A stretch of 64,000 bases of DNA, from NCBI RefSeq assembly GCF_004010195.1, contig NC_057710.1, forward strand, positions 73,883,582 to 73,947,581. Direction: 5' to 3'. A program made the translations under genes and the position numbers. The notes under the pieces are model-generated. The model worked only from the letters and a program-made list of their open reading frames with translations. It was not told the DNA's origin and ran no database searches. This document shows positions 13,339-26,339 of this stretch, piece after piece. Source of the stretch: Chiloscyllium plagiosum. Its lineage: Eukaryota. Numbering within the stretch: position 1 is the stretch's first letter; each line of letters starts with the position of its first letter.

Positions 13339-13818
13339 AAAAGTGAATTTGTACTTGCAGAATTACTTTTTTTGCTCAAAAACTGCATGAGCCAATGTAA
13401 GCTTCTGTAAATCCCTTTTATTAAAAATCGAATCAGTCTGAACATTGGGGCATAGACAGCATCACACAGGGCACCTCACACCTTCAATACGTTATCTGGG
13501 CCAACATGGCATCTATTGTTAAAGTTCACTTGAGAATGTAACTTTTAGAACGAACTGAAACCAATATGCTCATTCTAAAAGATGAAAGACTTAACAAACA
13601 ACCAAAGTCTTTCTTATATAATATGATTTCAGTTACATCACACTGTAAACTTTTGCTATAAATTGTGGCCTATGATCTTATTCTCCACAACCACCTGATG
13701 AAGGAGCAGTGCTGAGAAAGCTAGTGCTTCCAAATAAACCTGTTGGACTATAATCTAGTGTTGTGTAGTTTTTAACTTTATACACCCCAGTCCAACACCA
13801 GTATCTTCAAATCATTAT
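13339..13818 (+). mobile_element. Penelope-type terminal repeat, third family, with hammerhead core, inserted into an older repeat
   Basis: Flanked by ATAAGTA at 13332-13338 and 13819-13825. Contains CAC CTGATGA A GGAGC AGT GCTGA GAAA GCTA GTG at 13692-13726, followed by AATAAA. Confidence 0.7.
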
Positions 13819-14249
13819 ATAAGTACATCAGGGTAGTTGAACAGAATGCAGAATGTAATGTTACACAGACTGATAAGGTTGGGAGAAATTTACTCTTTGA
13901 ACTGTTTCTGTTCAGTGAACAAAATTGAGGTGTGGAATGAAATGCTGTTTCTGTTAATGATACTATAATGGATTTCTTTGCAGGTGAAAGGTTGTAAGAG
14001 TAGCAGTGTTTTTTCACGAGTTTTGAGTGGTTGTTTGCAAGTGCTGTTTAAGATTTGCCTTTATGATATGACTAATTGATTCTGCAGTGCATACTGGGTG
14101 AGTGGCTTGGGGATGCAGGAGAGCTATGGGTGTGTCATGGCAGTGGCTGGGGATGAAATGGTGTTGAGGGTTAGACTGACTTAGAGCCTCTAATATGATT
14201 AGGCCTAGACTAGGAGCAGCAATAAACCATTTGGCCAATTTTGAGCCTG

Positions 14250-14570
14250 AGTGCCACTATCCAGTAAGGTCATGACTGACCTACACTCCTGCCTTTTCCT
14301 CATAACCCTCAATTCCTTTCTTCTTTAAGAATGTCTGTCTATCCCACCCATGGATACATGCCATGCTTCAGCCTCAACAGCCCTCTGCAGTAAAGAATCC
14401 CATGATTCACTGCTCTGAGGAAGAAATTCCTCCTCTTCACTGTTCTAAACATGACCTAGCCCCTTATTCTCCCTGATCCTCAACTCTCCAACCAAGAGGG
14501 AAATAACCTTACTGTAAGGATCTTTTATATTTCAATGCCTCTCATCCTTCTAAATTTCAATGAGTGCAAT
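14250..14570 (-). mobile_element. CR1-type LINE 3' end, decayed
   Basis: Homologous to 47245-47660 and 49690-50040 (cctcaacagccctctgcagtaaagaatcc...gaagaaattcctcctc). Confidence 0.65.
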
Positions 14571-14769
14571 TGGGACAAAATTCCTCAACACTTGAGGTAG
14601 GCTTCCGAGAAACTTGCTTCAGCACTTGCCTCACTCCGTGGAGTCTGCAGATCCAACTCTGTTCCATTCATCCCTCTTCTTGGATTGAAAATAGCCCATG
14701 GAGGGACCATTTCTACATAGATGTTCTGTTGGGTCAGATAATTTCCCTACTTTCTTACCATGTCAATTC

Positions 14770-15040
14770 CAAGTAGGGAAGTAAATGTAACCATGAGGGT
14801 CTCGCTCAAGTGGACAGTTTAGGAGATGACCAATTTTTCACGCAAAGTGTGGCAAGCCTATTGAATCCTTCGCCACACAGAATTGTTGAGCATCGACCTC
14901 TTGGGGCTAAATGGATCACCGGGTATTGGGAGAAAGCAGGAATGTGTACTGAGTCAAATGATCAATAATATCTTATAGATTAGCAGAGCTGCCTTCAAGA
15001 GCTAAATGGCGTACACCTTCTGTTTTACGTATTTCTGTGT
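14770..15040 (+). mobile_element. CR1-type LINE 3' end, decayed
   Basis: tttaggagatga...tttttcacgcaaagtgtgg...gggtattgggagaaagcagga...gctaaatggcgtacaccttctgtt; same tail class as 21800-22090. Confidence 0.6.
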
Positions 15041-16845
15041 AGCACTTCCCATCTTGATAGTGAAACTCCAGTCACAGGTATCCAGCTGAGGATGAATTAA
15101 TAATTTTGAGGGAGACTTTTTAAATTGCATACATGGAGATGGGGTCTTTTGCAATTTTCCTCTCATTTAGGACACCAAAATGCTTTGATATCAGGTGTCT
15201 ATTCATGTACATCAGTTTTCCTAGGTAATGTGATCCTGCTTTGACATCAAATTGGAAAAAGGTATTGTCATGACATCATATCAACATTTGTCATCGAGAG
15301 TTTCAACCACTGTTGCTCAAAACAACAAGATGTGAATGAAATAATAATTCTGAAGAAGTATTATCCAACCATTGGGGACAGGTCACGAAGACTAAATCTT
15401 CTCAACAATGTTGATGTAGATGTAATACCATTTTATGGGTTGGCATTCCTACCACACAGAAAACTAGTAAAATCTTAAAATTAAAAACAAACTTATAATC
15501 AGTCCATGACATGCACTCATCCTGAAAATACAGCTTTTCAGAATTTACACTCCTGATGTATGCAACATGCTGTTCTGCTTGTGCAGAGAGATCAAGTTGT
15601 CTGGTTATATATTAGTGCAATTCCAAGCTATTTTTGGTAAATTATTTTAAACATTGTGACAGTGAGTTAGAGGGTGTTTTTTAGATCCTTTCTGTTCTCC
15701 CAGCTGATATCCTATTGCCATTCCTTTTTAAGTTTACACCTCTTATCCTTAGTTACTGCTGACGCACACTATTTTATTTTCACCAGCTTCCAACAGTTTT
15801 AAAGAAAGTAGTAGTTTTTGGATTCCTTTTGGTAGTCCAAATGGTTCCATGGCTGGGAAGTAACAATTGAAATTCTTGGACTTTGTGACGTTTTAGAATT
15901 GTTAAGTGTCATGCGGGTTGAAATTCTGTGGTGGATGGAAATTTGAGAGATAAATCACTGATGCAGCAGAGTACTACCCTCTTGGAAGGCACTGATTTTG
16001 TTTGTTCCATTAAACAAGTGGACATTGATCTCAAATCATCTGAGAGAAATATGAATTTTCAGTATGTGTACAAAATATTTATTAAAGATGAAGATTTTGG
16101 ATACTAATTTGAGAGCTACTGTCCGTAATATGATCTTTTGTTAGTTTTATTATAAAGAGGTTATTCTGACTGTACAGCTGATGCTTATTAATCTGAGTAA
16201 AAGTGCTACATTTGCCAGGATGTCTACATGTAATAATAGTGCACATTGGGTGAGGATGGTGCCAGGCCTGAATCTTGTGCACTTTAGTTGGATAGTTTGC
16301 TGAGGCTTTCCTTTAGAACAAAGAAATTTGAAGACAATGTAAAAACATGTTGCATATATGTTATATAAATGTCTTTTTTGAAATCAGTGCAGTGGCATCA
16401 GTGATTTTAGTGTGAAAGGTTTTATTTATTTTGTTCGAAGTGGCAGAAGATGTAAATATCGTGCATCTGTCTAACATTGGTTTCTACACAAACCCACACA
16501 TTCAAAACCAGTAACAAAGTTGATGGCTATCATAATCATAGTCAAATAAGTTTCAGTCCATTTCCTTCAAATGTGGTTTGTCTGTTTTTGATATGAAACA
16601 AGAACAATTCAGCTTTTTGTACTTGGGTTCTCTTAGCCTTTTTTTTAAAACATGTGTGTGCTTTCCCTGCATCAGTTGCCAATGTGCACTCTTACACAAC
16701 AAACTGTCCACTGGTTAGAGTCCTATCTGGCACATTAGGAGATGGCTGTGGTTAAAATACAGTATGATACAGCACAGGAACATGCTCTTTGGCCAACTGA
16801 ACCTGTGCCAATTCCTAGTCCTTATTTAGATCTGCTACTTAGTGG

Positions 16846-17275
16846 AGAGCAGACAAACAGAAGGCTGGAAGAACACAAGCCAGGCAGTATCAGGAGATGG
16901 AGAAGTCGACATTCCTCCTTTAGGAATGGAGATGGAGTTGGGGGGAGCTGCAGATAAAGAGGTGTGTTGGGGGGAGAGAAGGGGGGGGGAAGGGTCATGG
17001 GTAGGAGAGGGGTGGCATGGTGATAGGTGAATACACGTGGTTGATACAACCTGGTTGGTCAGTCGATAGGCAGGGTGAATCTGATTGGTAGCTAGAGGGA
17101 TGGAAGGGAGGAGGTAGGCTTGGAAAGGGAGTTGGGGAAATGAGTGGAAAGGTAATTTTGAAATTGGAGAACTCCATGTTGAGTCCTCTGTGCTGTGGGT
17201 TGCCCAGATGAAATATGAGGTGTCCTTCCAATTAGTGGTCTGATTCACTGTGGCAATGGAGGAGACCAAGGATCA
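16846..17275 (-). mobile_element. Penelope-like element 3' end (related to 4405-5252)
   Basis: Minus-strand EGHLIFHLGNPQHRGLNMEFSNFK matches the ORF end at about 4910-4990. It is followed by a C-rich 3' region and a terminus in which the hammerhead stem II is deleted. Confidence 0.8.
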
Positions 17276-17529
17276 AGGACAGCAGCTGAGGAAGGTCACA
17301 TGGCTGTAGTAGTGGGTTTGTGTGGTCAAAGAGCTGAAGAGGTCACAGCAGTCTGTCAGGGAGAAAGGGACTCTGTGTTCGTAACTGAGGGAGGCAGAGA
17401 ACTTATTCAAAGTGGGCATCCTGTGAAAAGATTTCACTGTGATACAAACCTAGTTAGAGACCAAAAAAACTGCAGATGGTGGAATCTAAAGTAGATGATT
17501 CCAACATCTGTTTTCTTTTTTTGTCTTTC

Positions 17530-18465
17530 ACTTGGTGGGAGATCATCTCAGTTCCCAGAAATCACTGCAAGAATTCCTCAAGGTGGTGTCGTACGCCCAA
17601 CCATCTAAAGCTGCTCCATCAATGACATTCCCTTGATCATAAGGTCAGGAGTGGGGATGTTCAATGTTCAGCACCAGTCATGACGACTCAGGTACTGAAG
17701 TAGTCCATGTTCAAATGCAGCACGACCTGGTCAATAGCCAGGCTTGGGCTGAGAAGTGGTAAGGAACATTGCCTGGCATTTGTGTGGCATGAATGACTGT
17801 CACTAATAAGAAATAATCTGACAACTGTCCCTTGATATTCAATGATGTGACCATCACTGAATCCTCCACTATCAACATCCTGGGGGTCACCATTGGCAGA
17901 AACTCGACTGGACTCACCACAAAAACACCAGTGGCAATACGGGCAGGTCAGAGGCAAGGAATACTTTGGCATGTAACTCACCACCTGACGTTTTAAAGCC
18001 TGCCCACTAACTATAAGGCACAAGTCAGTAGTGTGATGGAATACTCCCCACTTGCCTGTCTGGATTCAACAATACACGAGCTTAACACCATGCAGAACAA
18101 AACCGCTTGCTTGGTTGGCACGGCATCCACTGATGCTCAGCAATAGCAGTGTGTACCATCTAGAAGATGCACTGCAGAAATTCAGAGATCCTCAGACAGC
18201 ACCTTCCAATCCATGACCACTTCCATCTAGAAGAACAAGGGCAGTAGATAGGAACACCCTCCAAGCCACTCACCATCCTGACTTGGAAAAATATTATTGT
18301 TCCTCCACTGTTGGGTCAAAATCCTGAAATTCCCTCCCTCAGGGCATTGTGGCCCAACCCTCAGCAGGTGGGCTGCAACGGTTCAAGAAGGCAGCTCAGC
18401 ACCATCTACTCGAGGGCAATAATTGTTGGCCAACCAACGAAACCTACATCTCCAAAAAGAAAAAA
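17530..18465 (+). mobile_element. LINE 3' fragment with RT remnant (CR1/L2 group, second family)
   Basis: Degenerate PQG.V..PTI.SC.IND....IRS.VGMF RT motif; tail ttcaagaaggcagctcagcaccatctactcgagggcaat...; A-rich end. Confidence 0.85.
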
Positions 18466-18869
18466 ACACTTGCAAGAAAATTGAATACACAAAATAAAGC
18501 AAACCACCATTGTCACCTGTACAATACTGTAGACTGTTACACTGTGAATGCCAGTTACTAGTAGTACTCTGTTCTTTCAACCATGTTAAAAGATACAGCC
18601 TATTCTGGCAGAAGTTGAAATTTTTTCTGTATAATCCCAGGTCCTGTTATGAAATGCAGTTCTTTCAGTACACTAAACACATTTTGAACTCCTGAGAATT
18701 CCCATTTATCACCTAACATAGATTCTCCTCTTCAGTGGTTTGCTAACAACAATCTGCTTCCTCCACCCCTGTCCCCATCCCCATTCATTCTCTCTCACAG
18801 CTCTCTTTTTCTCACCCCTCTCTTTCTGTCTCTCCCAATGCTCAACCCAATGTCATTAGCATATACAAC

Positions 18870-19138
18870 CCTTTCCTAGCTGCTTCTGATTCTGAAATAG
18901 GGTCACTGAACTTGAAATGTTGAGTTTTCTCCTCAGCAATATGGCAGCATCTGTGGAATTTCTCCAAGTTGAAAGTCTCTCAACACCAGGTTATAATCCA
19001 ACAGGTTTAATTTAATTGGAAGCACTATCTTTGAGTGCTGCTCCTTCATCAGGTGCCAGTCCAATACCGGCATCTCCATATCATGTCCAGCAAGTTGTTT
19101 GTTTCTTTTAGATCTCCAGCATCTGCAGTTTTTGTTTT
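18870..19138. mobile_element. Nested Penelope-type termini (119-bp third-family insert inside another terminus)
   Basis: Host on + (ttctgaaatagggtcactgaacttgaaatgtt...tccagcatctgcagttttt). Insert 18967-19085 is flanked by TCCA and carries minus-strand CACCTGATGAAGGAGCAGCACTC. Confidence 0.7.
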
Positions 19139-20010
19139 AAGTTATATGTTCTCATGAACATCGCTTCATTCTGATCCTGTTCCTAAAGGCATAATATATT
19201 TTAAACTGAGTTAATCAGACCAGGATGATCTATGCTTGTTGAGGATCTTATTTGGCTGACTTAGGGGGAGGGGAAAGGTTACAATTGCCTACAATCAGCA
19301 CTCTGAGCCATCATAGGAAGGGCAAAATCCTCAAAGGTTTACATGTCTGATCAAAATCCAGTGAGCATAGCTGGAATGTTTGCATGTGTGAACACCACTT
19401 AACTGTGATGATCTGTGGTTGAGAAGCTGCCTGACTTGTTGCACCCATGGTTATCAGATTTGTCTTCAAGCACGTAGTGAAGTTCTGTTTATTAACTTCA
19501 ACCACCCATTGAAATTGTTTATGTAGGTTCCTAACATGCTGGAACCCTGAGTTATTAACATATAAAATTTGTCTCATGGTGATGGACTCTGACTCTGACA
19601 TAAGGAGTTCTAGTTTGTTCTGCATGTGGATGTTCGTCCCAAATTACTCCTCACTTTTGTAATTTATGATTTTGAACATTAGCTGATTGGAAAAGTGTTC
19701 TCATAAATATTCACGTGTTGTACAGAACAGCATGGTGGTTTTTACATGTGGTAGGATCCTGAGTTTAATGCTGCCAGCAAGGTTCCTTTTGCTCATTCTG
19801 TGTGCTTCCAGATCTTTATAAACGTTCATAGGTTTCCTATCACAAAGTGGTTTCTTACTGGTGTGTCCCAGATCTGTTGGCACAGGGTGGGGGGAGGGGG
19901 AGAGGAAACGTGCTAATAATGGAAAGAAAACTTGGCCACCTTTTGTGCATATTTTGCTGGCTTCTTCTCAGTGGCTTTGGTGCAATGTGTGGTAGGGCAC
20001 TTCCATGGTT

Positions 20011-20228
20011 TTTTTTTTAGATTAGATTACATTACAGTGTGGAAACAGGCCCTTCGGCCCAACAAGTCCACACCGACCCATCGAAGCGCAACCCACCCAT
20101 ACCCCTACATTTACCCCTTCACCTAATACTATGGGCAATTTAGCATGGCCAATTCACCTGACCGGGAATTGAACCCGGGTCTCAGGCGCTGTGAGGCAGC
20201 GGTGCCAGCCACCGTGCCGCCCAATAAA
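20011..20228 (-). mobile_element. HE1-type tRNA-derived SINE, internally deleted
   Basis: Head gggcggcacggtggc...gggttcaattccc joins directly to gtcaggtgaattggccatgctaaattgccc; tail gggcctgtttccacactgtaatgtaatctaatct; possible TSD ATGGTT. Confidence 0.9.
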
Positions 20229-21637
20229 ATGGTTGATGTGTCATTTTATTACAGCTTGATTCAAGACAAACTTATTTCAGTCCAGCAGAACGTGGACTGC
20301 CACTGCATTCTTTTCATAATTATCCATTTAATTGTATGTTTACACCCTTGGGCTATAAGCAACACAAGTAAATACATAAAATCTGGGTTTTACTTCACCG
20401 AGGGGTTATTCTGTTTCTGGATGTTAAAAAAAAAATAAATCCTGCTTTTCAGGTTTTGAAAGGTGACTTCTATAAACCTGCTTTTGCTGTTCTTCCAATA
20501 GCATGTTTGGCAAGGAAAATCTCCAATGGAACAGAGGCAGACTTATTTATCTTTTAGAAATTTAGGAGAGTTTTGGATTCAGCACTGACTCTGCTTTTGT
20601 GCAAAATTTCTGCACCATTATTCAAGTTTTTTTTATTTTTTTGCTTTGTATGTTCAGTTATTAGAAGTCCTGGAAATGGAAATATTGCCTGCAGACTTGC
20701 TGTAAATAGCTGTAGGAAGTAAGAGGAAAGGGAGCAGTCATCAGATGCACTTTAACACGAGAGCTGCATGGATGCCCCTGCCTGTTTGAAGGTGACTTCA
20801 CCAGAGATATGACACTAATAAATTTTCTTTGAGAGGAAGGGAGTGAACTAAGTCTATCAGAGAACTGATATTGATGTTGCACTGAAGGAGGCGATGAAAT
20901 GCCCACTAGAGATTCCATTTTCTTGGTATTTCAGTCTAACCTGGGAGAAGGGTTTTGTAGACTGCTTTGATTAGGTTTCAAAAGCAGAGATAGAAATTAC
21001 CCAGATTTGTTGCATTGCTGTTTGTAAGCAGTTCCAACTCTTTGAGAGGGCATTTTTCATAGCAACTGGATCTACACAATGCCTTAGTATCAGGTGCAAT
21101 GATGTAACTAACAAATATTGAACACTGCTTGTTTTTTGTGTTGCTGAAATGCAGTACAATTTTGTACAAAACATAATTCAATCCAGTTTTAGACTCCAGT
21201 CCAAAATCTACAACAATCTGCACCTGAAATGTGATTTAAATGTTTTAATACATGTATTTTATTTACTGTAAAGATGAGCTTTGCACGTTACCTTGAATAG
21301 TAGTGTGCAACATAGTTTTCACATTACATTGAGAAATCTATGGTTTTTAATCAAGTTCAAGATTTAGGCACAAGAAATAAACTCTTGCCTCTGAATTTGA
21401 GACGGTACCAGATTGAGTGATGCCTTTTTCCACCCCTCTGTGGTATGTGAGTGGTTACCTCCTTTAAAGAGTTTGCCATGGGAAATTGTTCAGATTTTTA
21501 TTGTTACTTTCCTGTCAATGGGCACCTCAAATAATGTGTGAACAACGTTTTCAGTACTTTGTGCTTCCTGTATACCGTTGCTTCTCAGCAGTCCTCATTT
21601 TATCCATCTCTCAACATGTTTGTGTTTTTGTTTATAG

Positions 21638-22090
21638 CCCCAGGAATGAAAAGCTGAACATATGAGGAATGTTTGAGGACTCTGGGTCTCAACTCGATGG
21701 AGTTTAGAAGGATGAGGGGGTATCTAATTGAAACATACAGAATACTGAATGGCCTGGACAGAGTGGATGTTGGGGAGATGTTTCCATTGATAGGAGAGAC
21801 TAGGACTCGAGGGCACAACCTTTAGAGTAAAGAGAAGACCTTTCAGAATAGAGATAAGGAGAAACTACTTCAGTCAGAGTGGTGAATATATAGAATTCAT
21901 TGCCACAGAAGGATGTGGAGGCCAAGTCATTGAGTATATTTGAGACGGAGAGAGAGAGGTTCTTGAGTACCAAGGAGATAAAGGTTACAGGGAGAAAATG
22001 GGAGAATAGAGTTGAGAAACTTATCAGCCATAATTGAAAGGCGGAGCAGACTCAATGGCCTAACTTCTGCTCCTATGTCTTATGGTCTTA
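21638..22090 (+). mobile_element. CR1-type LINE 3' end
   Basis: PGMKS.TYEECLRTLGLNSMEFRRMRGYLIETYRILNGLDRVDV...TRTRGH; tail cttctgctcctatgtcttatggtctta. Confidence 0.9.
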
Positions 22091-22597
22091 GAATGTCTTG
22101 ATGTGTATGGTGACTTTTTATTCTGATTTCTTGCTGAGAAAACTGAAGAAATAAGCACTGCAAATATCCAGACAACATTTATATTCCTCAGGGGCTGCCT
22201 TGTAATAACTGGTAGCACCTGACTTATTTAGCTGCGAGGTGCAGCTGTAAATGCCGAGAGTGAAGTAACGTCACAGTATAAAGTGGGATTCATTATTTTG
22301 TGCTTCATTTGCACAAACTGGGATACTATAGAGTTGACCAGGAGCAAATCTGGACTCAAGTTTTTGTTTTCGTAAATGCTTGGCCACAGTCTTGCAATTT
22401 TAAATCTGAAAAGATACATATGCTGTCTTCCTCTTAGCAATGTACCTTAGCCTCAAAGGCAGCCATCATGGAACTAGATTGAATTTAGCTTTTTTTTTTT
22501 GCTGCTAATCTTGATGGTGTCTATTTCCTCTAAAAGCCTTCCTCTTTCCTGAAATACTGAAAGTTGTGCTGAGATGAGGTTCCATGCGCTATGGTCT

Positions 22598-23082
22598 CAT
22601 AGTCATAAAGTCAGAGGTTGACAGCCCAGAAAACAGTCCTTCAGCCCATTGAGTCTGCAGCAGTCAAAAAACTACCATCTAACTATTCTGATCACATTTT
22701 CAGATACTTGATGCATAGCTTTTGTATGCCTTGTCTCCCACACTCAGGATGAATAATTTTTTCTCCTCCAAACCTCCTGCCCCGATCTTAAATTTGTGTC
22801 CCCAAGTCATTGATCCCTCCACAAGGAAAGGTTTCTTCCTGTCGACTCTATCGATGAGTTTGTACTGCCAAAAAATACCACTACTAACACTAGTCCCACT
22901 TTGATGCACTTGGCCCATAACCTTGAATGTTACTGCGTTTCATAGAACATTACAGTGCATTACAGGCCCTTCGGCCCTCTATGTTGCTTTGACCTGTCAT
23001 ACCAATCTGAAGCCCATCTGATCTACACTATTCCATGTACGTCCATATGCTCGTCCAATGACTATTTAAATGTACTTAAATC
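22598..23082 (-). mobile_element. Two adjacent CR1/HER1-type 3' tails
   Basis: catagtcataaagtcag...cagtccttcagcccattgag and catagaacattacagtgcattacaggcccttcggccct are reverse-complement LINE tails. Confidence 0.7.
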
Positions 23083-23624
23083 AACTTAGTTTCATGTTCA
23101 AAGTACATATTAAAGGCTCCCTGTTTCAACTACCTTCCCACTTTGGAGTTCTGTTAAATTGTTTAATGATTTTCTGTGCCTGATATCTGCTGTGTGTGCA
23201 GGTAAACCAGAGTATGATTACTGAAAAAGGGAAACTAAATTGTAGACAAGTAGCTGTATGCATGATAAAGCATTGATAAAACTCCTGTATGTGAGCACAA
23301 CATGATATGTCGCCTCTGTGTATCTCAATAGAATACAACAGAAATCTTGCCTTCTGGCCTTCTTGTGTTTTAAAGTTTTTTTTAAAAAAAGTGCTAACTG
23401 AGGGATGGACTTTTAATAAAATCTCATGGAATATTAATTTCACTGGCATTTGTTTCTCAAAGCTGCTGTTGGAAGAAGTTCCAGGACTTTGACCTGGTGA
23501 CATATGGTAAAGAATTAGGAGCAAGGCCATTCGACCCCTCAAGCCTGCTCCACAGCTCTAGCTTAGTGGCTCATCTACTCCAGTCCTCAAAACCTCTTTC
23601 GTGCCAGTTTCACATGGAACATGG

Positions 23625-25960
23625 AACATGACATTATAGCACAGTACCGGCTCTTCAGTCCTCGATGTTGCACCGACCTGTGAAACCAATCTTAATCCCA
23701 TTTAACCTACACTATTCCATTATCATCCATATGTCTACCCAATGACCATTTAAATGCCCTTAAAGTTGGTGAGTCTACTACTGTTGCAGGCAAGACGTTC
23801 CATGCCCTTAATACTCTGAATAAAGAACCGGTTTCTGACATCTGTCCTGTATCTATCACACCTCAATTTAAAGCTGTCACCTCGTGCTAGCCATCACTAT
23901 CTGAGGAAAAAGACTCTGTCCACTGTATCCAATCCTCTGATCATCTTGTAAGTCTCTATTAAGTCCCCGCTCAACCTATTCTCTAACAAAAACAGCCTTC
24001 AATTCCTCAGCCTTTCCTTATAAGATCTTCCCTCCATAACAGGTAACATCCTGGTAAATCTCCTCTGCACAATTTCCAATACTTTCACATCCTTCCTATA
24101 ATGCAGCGACCAGAACTGTACACAATATTCCAAGTGCGGCTACACCAGAGTTTTGTATAACTGCAACACCCACCTCATGGCTCCAAAACTGAATCCCTCT
24201 ATCAATAAAAGCTAACATACTATACACCTTAACAACCCTATCAACCTGAGTGGCACCTTTCAGGGATCTATGTATGTGGACACAGATCTCTCTGCTCATC
24301 CACACTACCAAGAATCCTGCCATTAGTCCAGTATTCTGTATTCCTGTTACTCCTCCCAAAGTGAATCGCCACACACTTTTCCACATTAAACTCCATTTGC
24401 CATGTCACAGCCAGCTCTGCAGCTTATCTATGTCCCTCTCTGAGCTGCAACATCATTCAGCACTATCGACAACTCCACCGACTTTAATGTCATCTAAAGA
24501 TTTGCTATCCTACTTTATATACCCTCATCCAGGTCATTTATACAAATGACAAACAGCAGTGGCCCCAAAACCGATCCTTGTGGTATATTATTAGTAACTG
24601 AACTCCAGGATGAATTTTCCATCAACCACCACCCTCTGTCTCCTTACAACTAGCCAGTTTCTGATCCAAACCGCTAAATCACCCTCAATCACATGCCTTC
24701 ATGTTTTCTGCAATAGCCTACCATATGGAACCAAATGCTTTACTGAAATCCATAGACACCATGTCAACAGTTTTACTCTCGCCCACCCGTTTGGTCACTT
24801 TCTCAAAGAACTCTTCACAAAAGTGTTAACTATCCTGAATTAAATTATTCCTTTCTAAATGACTATCAATTCTTTCTCTAATCTTTTCCAACATTTTACC
24901 CACAACTGAAGTTAGGCTCCACTGGTCTATAAATACCAGAGTTGTCTGTACTTCCCTCCTTGAACAAGGAGACAATATTTGCTATCCTCCAGTCTTCTGG
25001 CACTATTTCCAGTGGAAAAAGATGACATAAATATCAAAGCCAAAGGCTCCCTAGCTTCCCAGAGAGTCCTGGATAAATCTCATCCGGCCCAGGGGATTTA
25101 TCTTTTTTCACGCTTTCCAGAATTGAACCTGGGTTCAATTCCTGCCTCAGGCGACTGTGTGTGGAGTTGCACGTTCTCCCCGTGTCTGCGTGGGTTTCCT
25201 CCGGGTGCTCTGGTTTCCTCCCACAATCCAAAAGATGTGCAGGTCAGGTGAATTGGCCATGCTAAATTGCCCGTAGTGTTAGGTAAAGGGTAAATGTAGG
25301 GGGTATGGGTGGGTTGCGCTTCGGCGGGGCGGTGTGGACTTGTTGGGCCGAAGGGCCTGTTTCCACACTGTAAGTAATCTAATCTAATCTAATTGCTAAC
25401 ACCACTTTATGAACGCCAATCCTATCTAGTCTAATAGCCTGTACCTCAATGCTCCTTGACAACATTGTATTTTTTATGTGTGAAGACTGACAAAAAATAT
25501 GCATTTAGCGCCTCTCCTAACTCCTCTGACTCCATACACAATTCCCCACTACTGTCCTTGACTGCCCCTAATCTTTCTCTGGTCATTCTTTTATCCCTTA
25601 TACCTGTAGAAAGCTTTAGGGTTTTCCTTGATCCTGTCTGCCAAAGACTTTTCATATCCCCTCCTGGATGATCTTGGCTCTCTTCTTGGTCCTTCCTGGC
25701 TAACTTGTAACTCTCAAGCGCCCGAACTAAGCCTTCATATCTCATCTTTGCATAAGCCACTTCCTTTCTTTTGACAAGAGATTCAACTTCTTTAGTAAAC
25801 CACAGTTCCCTCACTCGCCCATTTATCAAGGACATTCAGAAGTTGTTCCTTGCAAAAGCTCTGAATTTTAATCATGTCCATCCCCTGCAGTTTCCTTTCC
25901 TATCCTATTAATCCTAAATCCTGCCTAGTTGCATCCTAATTGCCTTCCCTCCCCCTCCCC
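23625..25960 (-). mobile_element. CR1/HER1-type LINE ORF2 fragment (about 2 kb, many lesions), interrupted by an HE1 SINE
   Basis: Minus-strand peptides include DKSPGPDEIYP, DKRMTRERLGAVKDSSGELC..SEELGEALNAYFLSVFT and a [12 protein letters not shown]-type RT motif at about 24545-24585; tail at 23625-23665. Confidence 0.9.
25126..25390 (+). mobile_element. HE1-type SINE, 5'-truncated, young
   Basis: B box gggttcaattcc; V-domain-like tgtgtggagttgcacgttctccccgtgtctgcgtgggtttcctccgggtgctc; (TAATC)n tail; TSD AATTG at 25121-25125 and 25391-25395; CpGs retained. Confidence 0.93.
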
Positions 25961-26339
25961 CAGGGTATTGGTAACTCTCTGGTTCAGGAGGAGACAATCC
26001 CATTTGTAGAGGTCCCACCTACCCCAAAATGAGCCCCACATTCTCAACACCTCAATATTTCAAAAATCTATCGAACTCAGCTACAAATTCTTTGTGATCG
26101 TGCTTCTCTATCTCTGAGGTAGACAATTCTAGGCATTCATTATCCTCTAAGGAGAAGACTTTTTTGGATCTCTGTTTAAAATGAGTGTCCCCTTATAACT
26201 CTGTAACCTATATTGAGATTTTCCCCAATGAGTGAGAGCATATGATTATAACAAGTAGCAACAGGAGTGGACCATTTGGCCCCTTGTGCCTGCAGCATGA
26301 TTCAGTAGGATTATGACTGATCCGACACGCTTAAAATCC

